Shown here piece after piece: positions 9,622 through 21,622 of a DNA stretch of 64,000 nucleotides. Position numbers and translations under genes: made by a program. The notes under the pieces are model-generated. The model had not been told where the DNA came from. It made no database searches and saw only the letters and a program-made list of their open reading frames with translations. Position 1 is the stretch's first letter; each line of letters opens with the position of its first letter. The stretch lies in contig SMSO01000032.1 in NCBI GenBank assembly GCA_004764695.1, forward strand, positions 6,542,483-6,606,482, in the 5' to 3' direction. Source of the DNA: Schizochytrium sp. TIO01. Its lineage: Eukaryota > Protista > Bigyra: Labyrinthulomycetes.

Positions 9622-10965
9622 CATAGTTGGCTTTCTGTCAGTCACCACGATTACTGATTACCCGGGATGTTGCTACAAGTTGTAATTGTAATGAACAATA
9701 TTGCCAGTACATTATGCTACCAAGAACCTAGATAGTACCTAGGCAATCTTTTGTTTTTTCTGATGATTCCGTAGATGGGTAGGTAGGATTAACCAATCAA
9801 CTCATTTTCGCTGGTTAGTTTGTACCACCTCACCTCAATTCCTTTAATCAGAGAGTTCTTAATCTCGTTGCCAACTCGTTTTACTCAGATGGAGGTTCAT
9901 AGAACCGCATGTTTGTCCAAAGTCCAACCATTTGACTTAGTAATTAAGGGGGCCTTTCGCAAATCCTTTATGCTGTCAATGCAGTGCGTGTGAAGAACAG
10001 GTAGCTTGGCGACTGACTGTCTTGAATCTTATTACCGTTCCTGCCCAAAACTGGTCCACATTGGAAGGCTCGAAAGACCCTCAAGAACGACTGGAAGCGT
10101 GGAAAGGACAGCAACGCAACCGAAACGGAGTCGGCCTTGGAAGGAGAAAGTGCTACCTAGGTAACTAACTATCCTATCTAGATAATAATAGGTAGAGATT
10201 TTCGTGTCAGTCATCTTTTTATGAGAAATGTGCTGCTCTGGAGACCACACATCATATCGTAATTTATCCATCCATTTTCGGCCTGTTCAACGTATGGTAT
10301 ATTTCGAGAACCACCGAGAATGATAAGAAACACATCCGGGAGTCAGTGTCTGTCAAAAACTAGCGAGATTGCACCGGCGAGGGCGGGTAATATTCAGACG
10401 GCCGGGACGCAACTCGTGGTGAAGAAATAGGATTGAGATTGTGTAGTGTCATTTGCGAGCGCTGTGAGCAAAATGGTGGCTACAACTAACTTGGGTGGGG
10501 AAAATAAAAAAAAATAGAACCACCCAGTGTATTGACTATACGAAAAGAATACAGCTTGAGCCAGATTCAAGCGCAAATCAATGTAATGATGATTTGTGAT
10601 GAAACGAAAAGGCTCTACCTAATGGTTTGCTGAGTCTAAGTGGATAGTCCTATACGCCACGAGTTAAAGTAAATCATGGTGCTACTTCGAAATTCTGTCA
10701 ATCTATATGTATTTTAATGACTGAGGGGAGTACAAACCCTCCAAAGTATCAGGGGAGGTCCGGTTGCATTATTCGAACAGCCCTTCTGGTAATCGGAAGC
10801 TTTCGACATAACCCACCTGAAATACCTGCACATTGCGTAACTTTCATGGGTCCACACGCAGCCATGCCTCGCACGTGTGGTTATTGTTAGATAAATTAAA
10901 GTATAAAGCACAAGCCGACGAAATTACCAATGCGAGTAGTGGCCATTTGCATTCTTTTCAACAAA

Positions 10966-11005
10966 GTTGTTGTTGTTGTTGTTGTTGTTGATGATGATGA
11001 TGATG
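10966..11005. repeat. Compound (GTT)n(GAT)n microsatellite
   Basis: Read directly. Confidence 0.9.
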
Positions 11006-11601
11006 CTGACGTCCTAGTACAATGACATAATGTTCAATTCTTATCCGTAATGTCAGTGAGTGTCTTATTACCATTTGCATTGAATTGCAAGTGAACAAAT
11101 TTTAAGTTTCAGATTATGAACTGAAATGATATGTGCTCTTCAATCAACCTGTAGCCAAGTCTAAATTTAAAAATTTAGAAAGTAAGAGTATGCGTGCTTG
11201 AGAAAATGAAATCAACACAAAGAAACAACCAATTATAGGTGAGTGCAAAAACAAAGATTATAGATAAACGGTTCGCAGTAATACTATCCAGAAGCCAAGC
11301 TGATAGAACGGGAGTAATAGAGCCATGTCAATAGCATTAATTGGGATATGCATGACCAAAAATCGCTGAAAGTGGCAATTAACAGAACAGAAGACTATTT
11401 TTGCGTTCTTGGAAAGATCGCGCCCATATTATTCTAATTTTTTAATGTTATTTTGAAAATAGCATAACGTTAGATGAGCATATCATGGTTTAATTTAAGT
11501 GCCCAACTTTGTTGAGTAGCTTTTTAAAGCGATTCTAAGCAGGAAGTTCTCTAATTGTGCACAGGTCCTACGCAATTTGCTCTATTTAAAAGTAAGGATG
11601 C

Positions 11602-14600
11602 TTAGTCTGTTTTGTTGTAAACGTCATATGAGCGGAATTCGGCTGAGCGCAAACGATCAGCATACTTTGGCTTGCGTAGGAAAGCGTCCAGAAACTCATA
11701 CAAGCTATCAAGAGCGTTACCGATATCGTGGAAACATTCCGTCATGAGGGGAAGATTAAGCATCAGAGCAAGGTCTCTTGATGATACGATATGGTCAAGA
11801 AACACCTCATCATTATAAGCACGGCCGATGGAGTCTTGAAGCATTTCGTTTAGCAAAAATGGCGAAGCCACGATTGGCCGTAGAACTGGTAGGGAGTCTC
11901 GCTTTGGATTACGAAGCTGGGCAGAAATCCCTACAAATGTCTGGGTTAGCCATCGATGCGCTGCAAAGAAAACACGGGCAGTCTTCGTATGCATCGTTTT
12001 GGCTGGATGTCCTTCGTAATCAATTGAATAGATCCGCAGCCCACCAAGATGATTTAACTTCCACAGGGCTTGCCAGATATGTTGAGTTGATGTAACTGCT
12101 TTTGCATATAGTTCAAACGGCGCGTCGAAGTTATAGTGTTGCATTGATTCCAAATGGGCTGCCCTCAAGTTTATGCCAGACTCGACATATAGTGCTCGCG
12201 CAACATTATGTTCAAAAGCTGCCACGTCCGGGCGCATAGAATCTAACACATCAGGGTGCTCATAACGATCTGTGAGAACTTGTTCGCAGATGAGCACAAA
12301 GTCATGATAAGATTTAGCTAAGGTTTCACGTAAAAAAATCCTTCCATTGGTAGGCCAAAGGAATAATGAGAGAACCGTTGCTCCTAATGCACCAATTGCA
12401 GAAGATGCAATGACATAGCCAGCGTACCTCCAGATGTCAATATCAGCTGGGTTGTCATCAATAACAAACTCTACCGAGATACTGACCATTGTACGTACAG
12501 TTGCATATCCTATATATCCATGTTTGGGGATCGCAGTCTTCATCCACATGTAAAATGAAAGAGCCGCAATCTCAAAGGCATACAAAATCCACTTCGTGTT
12601 TGGATCTTTGCAACCATTAGCGCACGCAGCTTCCCATCCAGCACTTATAAGTATTGCACCACATGCAACACCAGTTAATCGATGAAACACTCGTTCAATG
12701 ACTAAACCAGCCTGGGTTTTAAAGATTGTAATTTGGAAGGTAAATACCGCGTTTACTAATGCCACAGTGGAATAAACTTCATAGAATGACGACAATAAAC
12801 CAGGAAGTACAAGAAGCGTCGTACCAAGACCTGTTTTGAAAGCTAACTTCCAGGGCAGGTCAGCAAAGAAGTTCATAGCTCCGTGTTCTAACTTGTCCAG
12901 ACGCCCCATAGGTTCATACATATTTTCTTTGCTCGAGGGATAGAGCGTGGGAATAATCGAATCATGAAAAGGAAATGTCATAGCCCACTCGCGGCGTGCA
13001 CCGCCCGGAATATACTCACGTTCCTGTTTAAATGACCCGATCACCTCATGTTGCGCTTTCACCAGCTTGATGAGAATCAACACATAGCTAACCAGCTTTG
13101 TGCGCCGGAAAAACGTTTTATCCAAGACGATATTAGAAAACGCCTTTACAGCGTGCGAGCGCAAATAGCGTTCCATCCAGTTTACAGCAAGTTTATTGAG
13201 CTCACCAGAGAGACTTTCGAGAACAGCCTGTTCTCGGTCCAGGTATCGAAGCATGCGCTCTTTGATATCTACATCAGCAGAAGGTGTAGCCCTCGTTTTA
13301 GCCAATTGAGCCATGCGGTGCGCACCAAGTTCTAAGAGAAGGTTAATCTTTGCGATAAGCTCGGGAATGCGCTTTCTTTCTTCCTCATGGGAAACGTAAA
13401 CATCGTTCGTTGAAGTTCCTGGCTGTGTAAGATCATGCATTCTCTGATTGGCGATTTCCTCACTTTCCACATCTGAATCAATCCAATCTTTGGTACGATT
13501 CTGCTCATATGAATCTGCGGGCGAATTCTCTGAGTTAAAAATACTGTCAGCTGACTCGAGGAAGTCATTTTCATGATTTATAATGTCAGCAGCAGCATGT
13601 CGGGCGTTTCGACTAAGCCCCAAAGTATCGTTGTAACGTCTAAGGTATCGAAGCCCATTGCCGTTAAAAAAGAACCGTGTTTCAAGAATTGCTGATCCAA
13701 CCCATTTCTGAGCTAACGGAATTGACGCAGCCTCTTGCTCATGTGCTTCACGAAGAGCGTGTACGAGAGCAGGTTCTAGTCGCAGTGGTGTTGAGCTTGT
13801 CGATGGTGACAAAGTGTGGTTTGCAATGCGGTCATACACGGGTCGAAGCCTTCGCAATGTTGTTGCATAAGAAATATATCTGGTTCGTAGAGAATCTCGT
13901 GCTGGAGGAATAGACGACCACGGGAATACAAGAAGTGAACATGCGTAGTGGACAAAAAACGACAGTGCAAGACCAAACGTAGCGCCCCCCAGGGCAATGT
14001 TGGACTCCTTGAAAGGATCTTCAAAGTCTTCAAAGTTGTAAATTTTCCACACCTGGACGTGGATCACAGAAAATGTAATTGTCATGTTGATCATGGTCAT
14101 GATGCTTGATGGAAAAAGATTACCTAGAAGGTTTGATCCAACAACTCCAGCAAGTAGCAGCCAGACAAACCCAACTAAATTATGAGCTGCAATCCCAATC
14201 ATGAATAAAGACCACACATAGAAGAATGGCCACAGGATTACAAAAAGAATGACCTGCTGGTGCTCATGACCCAATGTAGTGAGATGAATTGGACGCAATG
14301 CAAGCACAAGTGCAAAGATACCAATGAGGAGTGAGGTATTATAGGTAAGAGAAGTGATCTTCGCAAAAAACGGCAACATAGTAGCTATAGCTGTTGTGAT
14401 TGCATTGCGTACTAAGACCTTACTCGGTCGACTGAGACTGCAAAGATTACACCGAGGTTGGCCTCCCCTAACTTTTGTTCTTGTTGGCCTGGGTTTATCT
14501 GTGTTACTACTATCTTTGCCGCCTTTAGTTTGTCCACCAATATTGTCTGCAGTGGAGATGCGCGATGATTGCCCACGCTCAAGATCGTGCGAATCTGTCT

Positions 14601-14820
14601 TTAGGTCGTGTGCCGGCAGTGGTGCTGCCATGTCTTCGAGGCATCTTTTCACGTATTCATCGACATGCCGGAGCCAATCTTCCTCGCTCTCGTCACGTTT
14701 AAGTTCTAGTAGCTGGCCAGTTTCCTCCTCTCCAGCTTCCTGGATTTTACTTTCGAGTCTTTGTGATTCCTGCTCTTCCGCCCACTCCTGAAATAGTGGA
14801 TTTGGCGCCTTCTCGCCCAT
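11602..14820 (-). CDS. ALMT/FUSC-superfamily membrane protein, paralog 2, 1072 aa
   Basis: Long ORF with shared motifs LRP..G.E, ILETRF, LLLELGAHR, WKLAFKTGLGTTLLVLPG, GLVIERVFHRL, LWP and NFDAP. Confidence 0.8.
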   Translation of the reverse strand: MGEKAPNPLFQEWAEEQESQRLESKIQEAGEEETGQLLELKRDESEEDWLRHVDEYVKRCLEDMAAPLPAHDLKTDSHDLERGQSSRISTADNIGGQTKGGKDSSNTDKPRPTRTKVRGGQPRCNLCSLSRPSKVLVRNAITTAIATMLPFFAKITSLTYNTSLLIGIFALVLALRPIHLTTLGHEHQQVILFVILWPFFYVWSLFMIGIAAHNLVGFVWLLLAGVVGSNLLGNLFPSSIMTMINMTITFSVIHVQVWKIYNFEDFEDPFKESNIALGGATFGLALSFFVHYACSLLVFPWSSIPPARDSLRTRYISYATTLRRLRPVYDRIANHTLSPSTSSTPLRLEPALVHALREAHEQEAASIPLAQKWVGSAILETRFFFNGNGLRYLRRYNDTLGLSRNARHAAADIINHENDFLESADSIFNSENSPADSYEQNRTKDWIDSDVESEEIANQRMHDLTQPGTSTNDVYVSHEEERKRIPELIAKINLLLELGAHRMAQLAKTRATPSADVDIKERMLRYLDREQAVLESLSGELNKLAVNWMERYLRSHAVKAFSNIVLDKTFFRRTKLVSYVLILIKLVKAQHEVIGSFKQEREYIPGGARREWAMTFPFHDSIIPTLYPSSKENMYEPMGRLDKLEHGAMNFFADLPWKLAFKTGLGTTLLVLPGLLSSFYEVYSTVALVNAVFTFQITIFKTQAGLVIERVFHRLTGVACGAILISAGWEAACANGCKDPNTKWILYAFEIAALSFYMWMKTAIPKHGYIGYATVRTMVSISVEFVIDDNPADIDIWRYAGYVIASSAIGALGATVLSLFLWPTNGRIFLRETLAKSYHDFVLICEQVLTDRYEHPDVLDSMRPDVAAFEHNVARALYVESGINLRAAHLESMQHYNFDAPFELYAKAVTSTQHIWQALWKLNHLGGLRIYSIDYEGHPAKTMHTKTARVFFAAHRWLTQTFVGISAQLRNPKRDSLPVLRPIVASPFLLNEMLQDSIGRAYNDEVFLDHIVSSRDLALMLNLPLMTECFHDIGNALDSLYEFLDAFLRKPKYADRLRSAEFRSYDVYNKTD

Positions 14821-15288
14821 TGTTGCAATGTTTCTGCCTAAAGTTTATTGGAATTAAACAAAGTCGAGCCCTTCCCCTGACGCTTGATAAAGTGAACCCG
14901 ATAATCCGTGAATCTGGAGCAGATTTGCTTCTGCTCTTGCTCCCGCTCCCAAAATCTCGAGCAGCACCTCCTGCGATACAATCAGCAACACTGTCAACCA
15001 AATACTTTGGTCGGCAATTGCCCTTTGCGTTGTTGTAGTTCTTCTGTCTCTGTCTTCAAGGCCAGCCCTGCAACTGCTGCTGGTGTCACGGTGGATGCTG
15101 TCAAGCTAAGCTCAGCCCTTTTAGTGAGACTTGGCACTTTTTGCTTAACCCTGCGTCGATTGAGTGCTTCCTTGATCGACGCAGTTGTGGCTTCTTCAAG
15201 AAGCTCTTGTCCAGCGCTCTTCTGCTCCAAAGCGAATTGCTGTTTCCACACAGCGAGTTCCTTCGCTTGAATATGTATTTGCTCGGGG
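14821..15288 (-). promoter_or_regulatory. Putative AUG-free 5' leader of paralog 2
   Basis: No CAT on the + strand over 468 nt (manual scan). Confidence 0.55.
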
Positions 15289-16605
15289 CATTTTCAGCCT
15301 GTGGCACAAGAACAAGGCGGAATCATATTTTGGTGTTGGTTTCTTGCTTTCCATTTTCCCCAAACTATTGTTACCAATGCTCTACTAGCTGTAGCACTTA
15401 TTAGGTACAAATCTACGCAGTTCTTCAATTCTTCTTTTTCTCGCCTCATTCCCTTTCGTCGTTCAATGCTTTGTACACGCTGCTCTTTATTCCTTCTTCT
15501 TCAGCAGCAGCACACGATAAACGCGATAAACGTGGGCGTTGCCGCCATCCTTTTGTCATCGTGTATTCGCCACGCATCTGAGTTGCGAGGGTTGCCGCTC
15601 CTTAAGTGTAACACTCGTTGAAGCTTGACCCGTCATCATGTAGTAGTAGGTAGGTACAACCTTTCCTTAGCAACTGGACAAAGCAATGGCGCCAGAATGA
15701 GAGAGACCAACGCGTAGCAACGTGGGTGACAGAAGGCAGCACGCGTAGTGTAAACAACAGCCTGACATCTTTTTGATTGCAAATTATGGTTGACCTTTGG
15801 TTCGTTGGCTCCTTTAAGGCCGAATGTCTGTCAATAAATAAACCCAGCCGCTGAAGAGGCCTGGCCGATGCTAATTTCCACAGCGTCTGAGCTGAATAAG
15901 TCGATTTGTGCGGTTGATTCATTTCAATCATCTGAGCTTATTGTGTCGTTTGCTGGTGGCTTCAACTCCCTCTCCACCGCCGGGGCCTTCAAATGCGTCG
16001 AATCATGGTTCTCAGCTATAAAGAATAATCGATCGCTGCTGTGAAAGTCGATCGAGTCGGTGGTCTGGCGAACCGGGATCAGTGATATGTACAACCTGTG
16101 GCATACGGATTCAACTCGCAGCCTACAATTAGGAAGGGAAAATTGAAGTTCGACCCTGGCAACCTCGTGCGAAGCCGAGGCTCGGAGACTTATTGTAGTA
16201 AAAGGGAATTGAAGACTTAAACTAGCTCGGCGCAACTGACTGTTAAAAATAGAACTTGAAAGCCTGGGTAGTGAATGTAATAGGAATAGATGGCCAGGCG
16301 GCACAGCTTAGCAGGAAAGGTGGAAAATTCCTTGGCCAAGCAACAGATATAATAAAGCTCGGCACTTCCGAGAGGAAGCAATGGATTAGGTGTCTCTCGA
16401 TACATAATGAGAGGTGAGATTGTTCTAAGTTAATTGTTTTTCACGCTTTTTTACGTTTTTACTGTTATTTAGTTGTATAAAAATTAAGAAAGAGGACTAG
16501 GTAACACATATCTTGGGCTGCTCACAATGAAGGGAGAAGCCTAATTGGTTAAAAAGAAATGAAGTATTGTGTTGCTGCAAAGAACAGTGGAGACATGCTT
16601 CAGGC

Positions 16606-19600
16606 TTATTCAAGCTTCTTGGAATATATGTCAAAACTGAGTCTTTCAGATGTTCGCAAGCGATCCGCATAAAGTGGTTTTCTCAGGAAGCGCTCCATGA
16701 AGGTAAACAGGTCATCAAGCGCATATGATATGTCTACAAGACTATCATTAAGAAGAGGCAGGTTGCACATGAGCGACAAATCTCGGGATGCAAGGATACG
16801 GTCAAGAAACACATCATCATTATATGCTCGACTCAGAAAATCTTGCAAGATTTCCTGAAGGACATGGGGCGTGGCCGCAACAGGACGTAGAACAGGCATT
16901 GCATCACGGCGTTTTGTACCGAACCGAGCCGCGACAACAGCAAAGGCTGATGTCAACCATCGATTAACGGCAAAAATATCGCGCGCAGTGGTTGGTTGCA
17001 TTGTCACAGCTGCGTTGCCGTCTTTGTCCCGTAGATAAACATATATACCACCCAAGTGGTGCAGCTTCCAAAGAGAATGCCAAATGCGGCGCGTGCTGAT
17101 TACAGCTTTGAGATAGAGCTCGTGAGGAGCATCAAAGTTAATATGTTGCCATGTCTCTAGCTGCGCAGACCTCAGCATTGGAGTCATATCACCATAAAGA
17201 TTACGTGCGATACGGTCCTCGAAAGATGTGATCTTTGGTAGCTCTCGACCCATGTCCTCTGGGTGATCATATCGTTCCGTGAGAATCTGCTCAAAAAGAA
17301 CGATAAAATCCTGGTACGCTTCACATAGACTATCCCGAATCATAGAACGGCCGCTTGACGGCCATATGAAAAGCGCCAACACAAGAGCCACAGCTGCGCC
17401 CACCAGCGATGATGCAACAACATATGAACCTTGCGTCCACACCAGCACACGTGTCGGGCTTTCAGTCTCTGCAAAAACAACTGAAAGACTGACAATAGTA
17501 CGGAAGCCTGCAAAGCCAATATAACCGTATTGTGAATGGGCAGTTCTGACATATAAATATAAAGCAATACTCAAGACCTCCGCTGCGTACAGAATCCATT
17601 TGTGGCTATCAGAATCACATCCACGAATGCAGGCAAGCTCCCACGCCACGCCAATAGTAATGAAACCTAAGATTAAACCAAGGAGACGCTGCAACGTGCG
17701 CTCGATCACTAGACCCGTTTGTGTCTTGAAAAGAATTACCTGGAAGGTAAAGACAGCGTTGGTTAGCTGGACAGAGGAATACCACTGGTAAGAGGACTCA
17801 AGTACACCAGGAAGGGCCAGCAATGTTGTGCCGAGTGCAAACTTGAAGGATACCTTCCAGAGGGTGCTTGAAAGGAAGTTAACCAGCATATCTTCGGAAC
17901 GCGGAATACATCCAAGGATGGGCGTGTAAAATGACTCACGGCGCACTACATCTACAGATGATAAGAACCGACGAGGAAAAGGCACTGTAAGAATCCATTC
18001 CCTCAGCCACGACCTTGATTTAGAATGATCTTCTGTGGAAAGTGCAGTCCATGCATTCTTATTCAGCTTGGTGAGTTTGAGCAGTACGAGAATGTAAGCT
18101 GCAAGCTTAGTACGCTTAAAGATCATGCGCTGGTTGGGTCTGTGCGTATCATGGCCTCGACTCGCGTGCATACGGAGATAGCGACCCATCCATGATAATC
18201 CGAGCTCATATAACTCTCCACCTAACTTATCTAGAAAAACTTGCTCCCTGGCTAGCATTGTAAACGCGTTCGCTCGTGTCTCAACTTCAGATTTATCACC
18301 CGGCTCTGAGCTAGAGAGGATGGCGAGGCGGTGAGCTCCAATCTCAAGTAGCAAGTTGATTTGTGTAATGAGTAAAGGGATCCGCCTTCGTTCTCTCACT
18401 TTGCGATCTAACTCTGCCTTTTCGAGTTGAAATTCTTCTGTAGCTTCTCTTTCCAGAAAGAGAGCCTTTTCTTGCTCTAATTCCTCCTCAGCTTCATCGA
18501 GGTTTGAGCGAGCACGGGTGTAGGAGCGTTCGAGTTTAGTAAGGAGATCGGTAGCCGCAGAGCGCGCACAGCGTGTGATGGAAAGTGATTGTTCATATCG
18601 CGATACATAAGCCATACCCCGACCGCCTAATCCAAATCTTGTCTCTAGAAGAGCGTTCCCAAGCCAATTCTGTGCTACCTGAATTGAAGCGACTTCCTGC
18701 GCACGGGCCTCAGCAAGCTTGTCAAGGAGATCTGCTGGGATACTGAAAGGGGTTTCTTGTGCTGTCGGGTCCAACGTATAAACAGCAATACGATCATACA
18801 CTGGACGCAACCTACGAAGGAGCTTCGCATAGGAGCAGTAACGATTGTTCAGAGAGTTCCTTGCTGGCTTTGTGGCCTGCCATGGGAAAATCATCACGGC
18901 ACCCACAAAGTGCAAAAAATAAGGCAGCGAGATGCTAAAGGTTGCACCGTCTAGAATATCAATTGAAGTGCGAAACTTTGTGTCCTCGTCAGTGAGCCCT
19001 TTAAAGTTGTAAGTACGCCATATATTAATCTGTATAAGCGTAAAAGTAATTGATTCGAGAACAACACAAAGAGTAGTAAAGTTATTACTCAAAAGCGCAA
19101 GCATCCCAAACATAGTTGCAAGGCCAAAAAGGAACATGAAAACTCCCAAGTTGCTTGTACCTACAGCAATCATGAAGCAAGACCATGCGTAGAATAGAGG
19201 CCATGTAAAAACAAATGACAGCACCTGCTGCACCTCTACACCAATGCACGTATTGTTTAATGGTCGCAAAGCAAGAATCAGAACAAAAATGGGGGTCAAA
19301 ATAGAGGAGCCCTGTGAAATGTCCCGGACCCTCGACAGAAAAGGCATAAGAAGAGCTATGGTGGTTACAATGGCGTCACGAATTAAGATCATTTGCAGGC
19401 GTGTAAGGCCTGGAAGTTTTCCAGTAAGAGTCAAATGCCTTTTGGAAAGTTCTGCTGTTGATCGATGTCTAGTAAACCCGCGCTTCTTTGTGCTTTTGCT
19501 ATCTTCTGAAGGCGGAGATCCGAGTGAGCGGCCTGAACCAAATTTACCTCCATCTTCGCCACGCTCAAGGTTCAGGTTCAATTCGCCACCGATGGCACTA

Positions 19601-19860
19601 ATAGGCGGAATAGCCACTGGTGATTGCTGTGGGTGCAACCCAGGAGAGGAGTACGGAGTGATGGGACCGTAGGGTTCATGCTTCATCGCCTCTTTCAGGC
19701 AGGTCCTCGCATACTGTGTTACTTGCTGTAGGACATCCTGCTCACCCGATTCAATATTCTCCTCTAGGTTCACGAGCTCTTCCAACTCCACATCGACGGC
19801 ATCGTCAAGTTCTTCTTGCAGTGCAAGGGCATCAAGATCTTGCGACCAATCTTGAAACAT
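16606..19860 (-). CDS. ALMT/FUSC-superfamily membrane protein, paralog 3, 1084 aa
   Basis: Same motif set. Closest to paralog 1 (shared ERRRIPLL, KRTKLAAYILVLL, RDAMPVLRPVAATPHVL). Confidence 0.8.
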   Translation of the reverse strand: MFQDWSQDLDALALQEELDDAVDVELEELVNLEENIESGEQDVLQQVTQYARTCLKEAMKHEPYGPITPYSSPGLHPQQSPVAIPPISAIGGELNLNLERGEDGGKFGSGRSLGSPPSEDSKSTKKRGFTRHRSTAELSKRHLTLTGKLPGLTRLQMILIRDAIVTTIALLMPFLSRVRDISQGSSILTPIFVLILALRPLNNTCIGVEVQQVLSFVFTWPLFYAWSCFMIAVGTSNLGVFMFLFGLATMFGMLALLSNNFTTLCVVLESITFTLIQINIWRTYNFKGLTDEDTKFRTSIDILDGATFSISLPYFLHFVGAVMIFPWQATKPARNSLNNRYCSYAKLLRRLRPVYDRIAVYTLDPTAQETPFSIPADLLDKLAEARAQEVASIQVAQNWLGNALLETRFGLGGRGMAYVSRYEQSLSITRCARSAATDLLTKLERSYTRARSNLDEAEEELEQEKALFLEREATEEFQLEKAELDRKVRERRRIPLLITQINLLLEIGAHRLAILSSSEPGDKSEVETRANAFTMLAREQVFLDKLGGELYELGLSWMGRYLRMHASRGHDTHRPNQRMIFKRTKLAAYILVLLKLTKLNKNAWTALSTEDHSKSRSWLREWILTVPFPRRFLSSVDVVRRESFYTPILGCIPRSEDMLVNFLSSTLWKVSFKFALGTTLLALPGVLESSYQWYSSVQLTNAVFTFQVILFKTQTGLVIERTLQRLLGLILGFITIGVAWELACIRGCDSDSHKWILYAAEVLSIALYLYVRTAHSQYGYIGFAGFRTIVSLSVVFAETESPTRVLVWTQGSYVVASSLVGAAVALVLALFIWPSSGRSMIRDSLCEAYQDFIVLFEQILTERYDHPEDMGRELPKITSFEDRIARNLYGDMTPMLRSAQLETWQHINFDAPHELYLKAVISTRRIWHSLWKLHHLGGIYVYLRDKDGNAAVTMQPTTARDIFAVNRWLTSAFAVVAARFGTKRRDAMPVLRPVAATPHVLQEILQDFLSRAYNDDVFLDRILASRDLSLMCNLPLLNDSLVDISYALDDLFTFMERFLRKPLYADRLRTSERLSFDIYSKKLE

Positions 19861-20509
19861 TGCACTAACTCTAGTGTAGCGACCAAAACTTCGTTCCGAG
19901 CTTTCCTCTGTCGGTTTTCTAAGTTCTGAGCGTAGAACTACTCAAACAGTTCAAACGAAATCGAGCGGGAGTTTACAAGTTTCTTACTACTTGGAGAACT
20001 GTCGCGATATTTTTTACTTTGGCTAATTTGTATGGCTGTTCAAAACAGGCCAACTTGCAGCGTTCAAAATAAGAGTAAGCACTCCCACAGAAACCCTCGC
20101 AGAAATAGAATGTGACGATGAAAAAGACAGCAATATCGCAATCCTGCAAATTAAGAAACAACCTTGTCAGCTGCTCTCGAATTTGTGAAAGGCCAATCAG
20201 TTTTTTGTACGCTTCTAGGTAGCCACTCCGCTGCCTTGTTCCCCTGCGCCACCTTGAAGCCCTCTTCAAAGTTGTCTTATGCTCTTTTCTAGCGCGGACA
20301 GAGTGCGTCTGCCAGTGAAGGAGACGTTGGCCTTTTGACTTTCGATTGTTCGTACTAGCAGCGAAAAGCTCTGCTCGCGGGGAGGGTAAACGAGCTCCCT
20401 CGAACGCGCCGCTTTCCTGCAACACAGAGGAGGGGCTGGCGAAGCTGTCAAGAACCTTGCCGCAGCCGCTCCTTGCTGCAGTCGGGACGCCCCCTCGTCA
20501 ACGCTCACG
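19861..20509 (-). promoter_or_regulatory. Putative AUG-free 5' leader of paralog 3
   Basis: No CAT on the + strand over 649 nt (manual scan). Confidence 0.6.
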
Positions 20510-21535
20510 CATCGACTCGCGGTCAGGTCCAAGTTGGTAATGGTAATGTAATTCTGAAAGGCCGTTCTTCTTCGCTCTTCTTTCTCGCTTCTTCTTTTTT
20601 GTTTTGTTTTGTTTTGTTTTTCTTTCATTTCTCGGTTATTCTTTTTATCCTGGTTTTTTATGGTTTCTTTTGGGGGGAGTTCACCTACGCAGTGGTATTC
20701 TGAAATTCTTTCGCAAATCAGTACGAAACGAAAGTAAATGCGATGGCAAGCAGCACTCGCTTTGAAAGCGCCGATGACGATGTCGATGACGGAAAGGTAT
20801 CAAGAAGATACTTACTACTTCGACACAATGGGATTGAGAAGATTTTAGGTCTTCTACAAGTTATACATACACGAACACGTCCATGAGTTTTAGAAAACTA
20901 GCAGGTGTTATTTTATATTGCACGTAAACCATACTAGGTTCAACAAAATGGGAAGCCATGGACTTATGATCAACCTAGAGGGTTGGTTCTAAGCATGGAT
21001 TGAAATGCACTGACCGCGAAGGTTTACTTTCTGTGACCTCTTGCTTCGCTAGAGTCAAATGGATGAGTCCAATAACACGTTGAGCGATCCCAATGCGGTT
21101 GGAAAGAGCTGACATCTACTGATGAATTACATTTTGGAATGAGTCAATGAACCAACATCGAAAACGAACCCACGGAAAGGAGGTAAGTAATACCTAGGTA
21201 GGCAGTATAATCATGAATGCGTCTTGATCGATGCCCTCGTCGGCGATCGCTACATCGTTATTCGCCGCTTCTCTTTAGCGTTCTCACAGTTTTCTACTTG
21301 CTCGCAAACGTGCGTATCGCATTCTTTCACTCGTTCGCGCAGTTTGCTCGCACACAGCATTTTATTACAATTCCGAGGCAGCACTCGTTTTACGAAAAAG
21401 GTTTCAAGTGCTCATAATTACGCTCGTGTTGCCATTTGTCAGCGCGTTTCTGGCGTTTATTTTACTCAGCTCTTTCTTTCAAGCTCTTCTTTTCTCCTTT
21501 CATTCATTCTTAAATCTATTTTATTTATTTATTCC

Positions 21536-21578
21536 CTTTGCTTTGCTTTGCTTTGCTTTGCTTAATTTTGTTTTCCTC

Positions 21579-21614
<36 letters not shown>

Positions 21615-21622
21615 TTTTTTTT
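21536..21622. repeat. (CTTTG)n and (TTTC)n microsatellites / polypyrimidine tract
   Basis: Read directly. Confidence 0.9.

Noticed and set aside
19973-20425. 150-aa non-AUG ORF in the paralog 3 leader, and similar near-cognate ORFs in other leaders
   Set aside because: No ATG and no visible similarity between paralog leaders. Cannot be supported without Ribo-seq.
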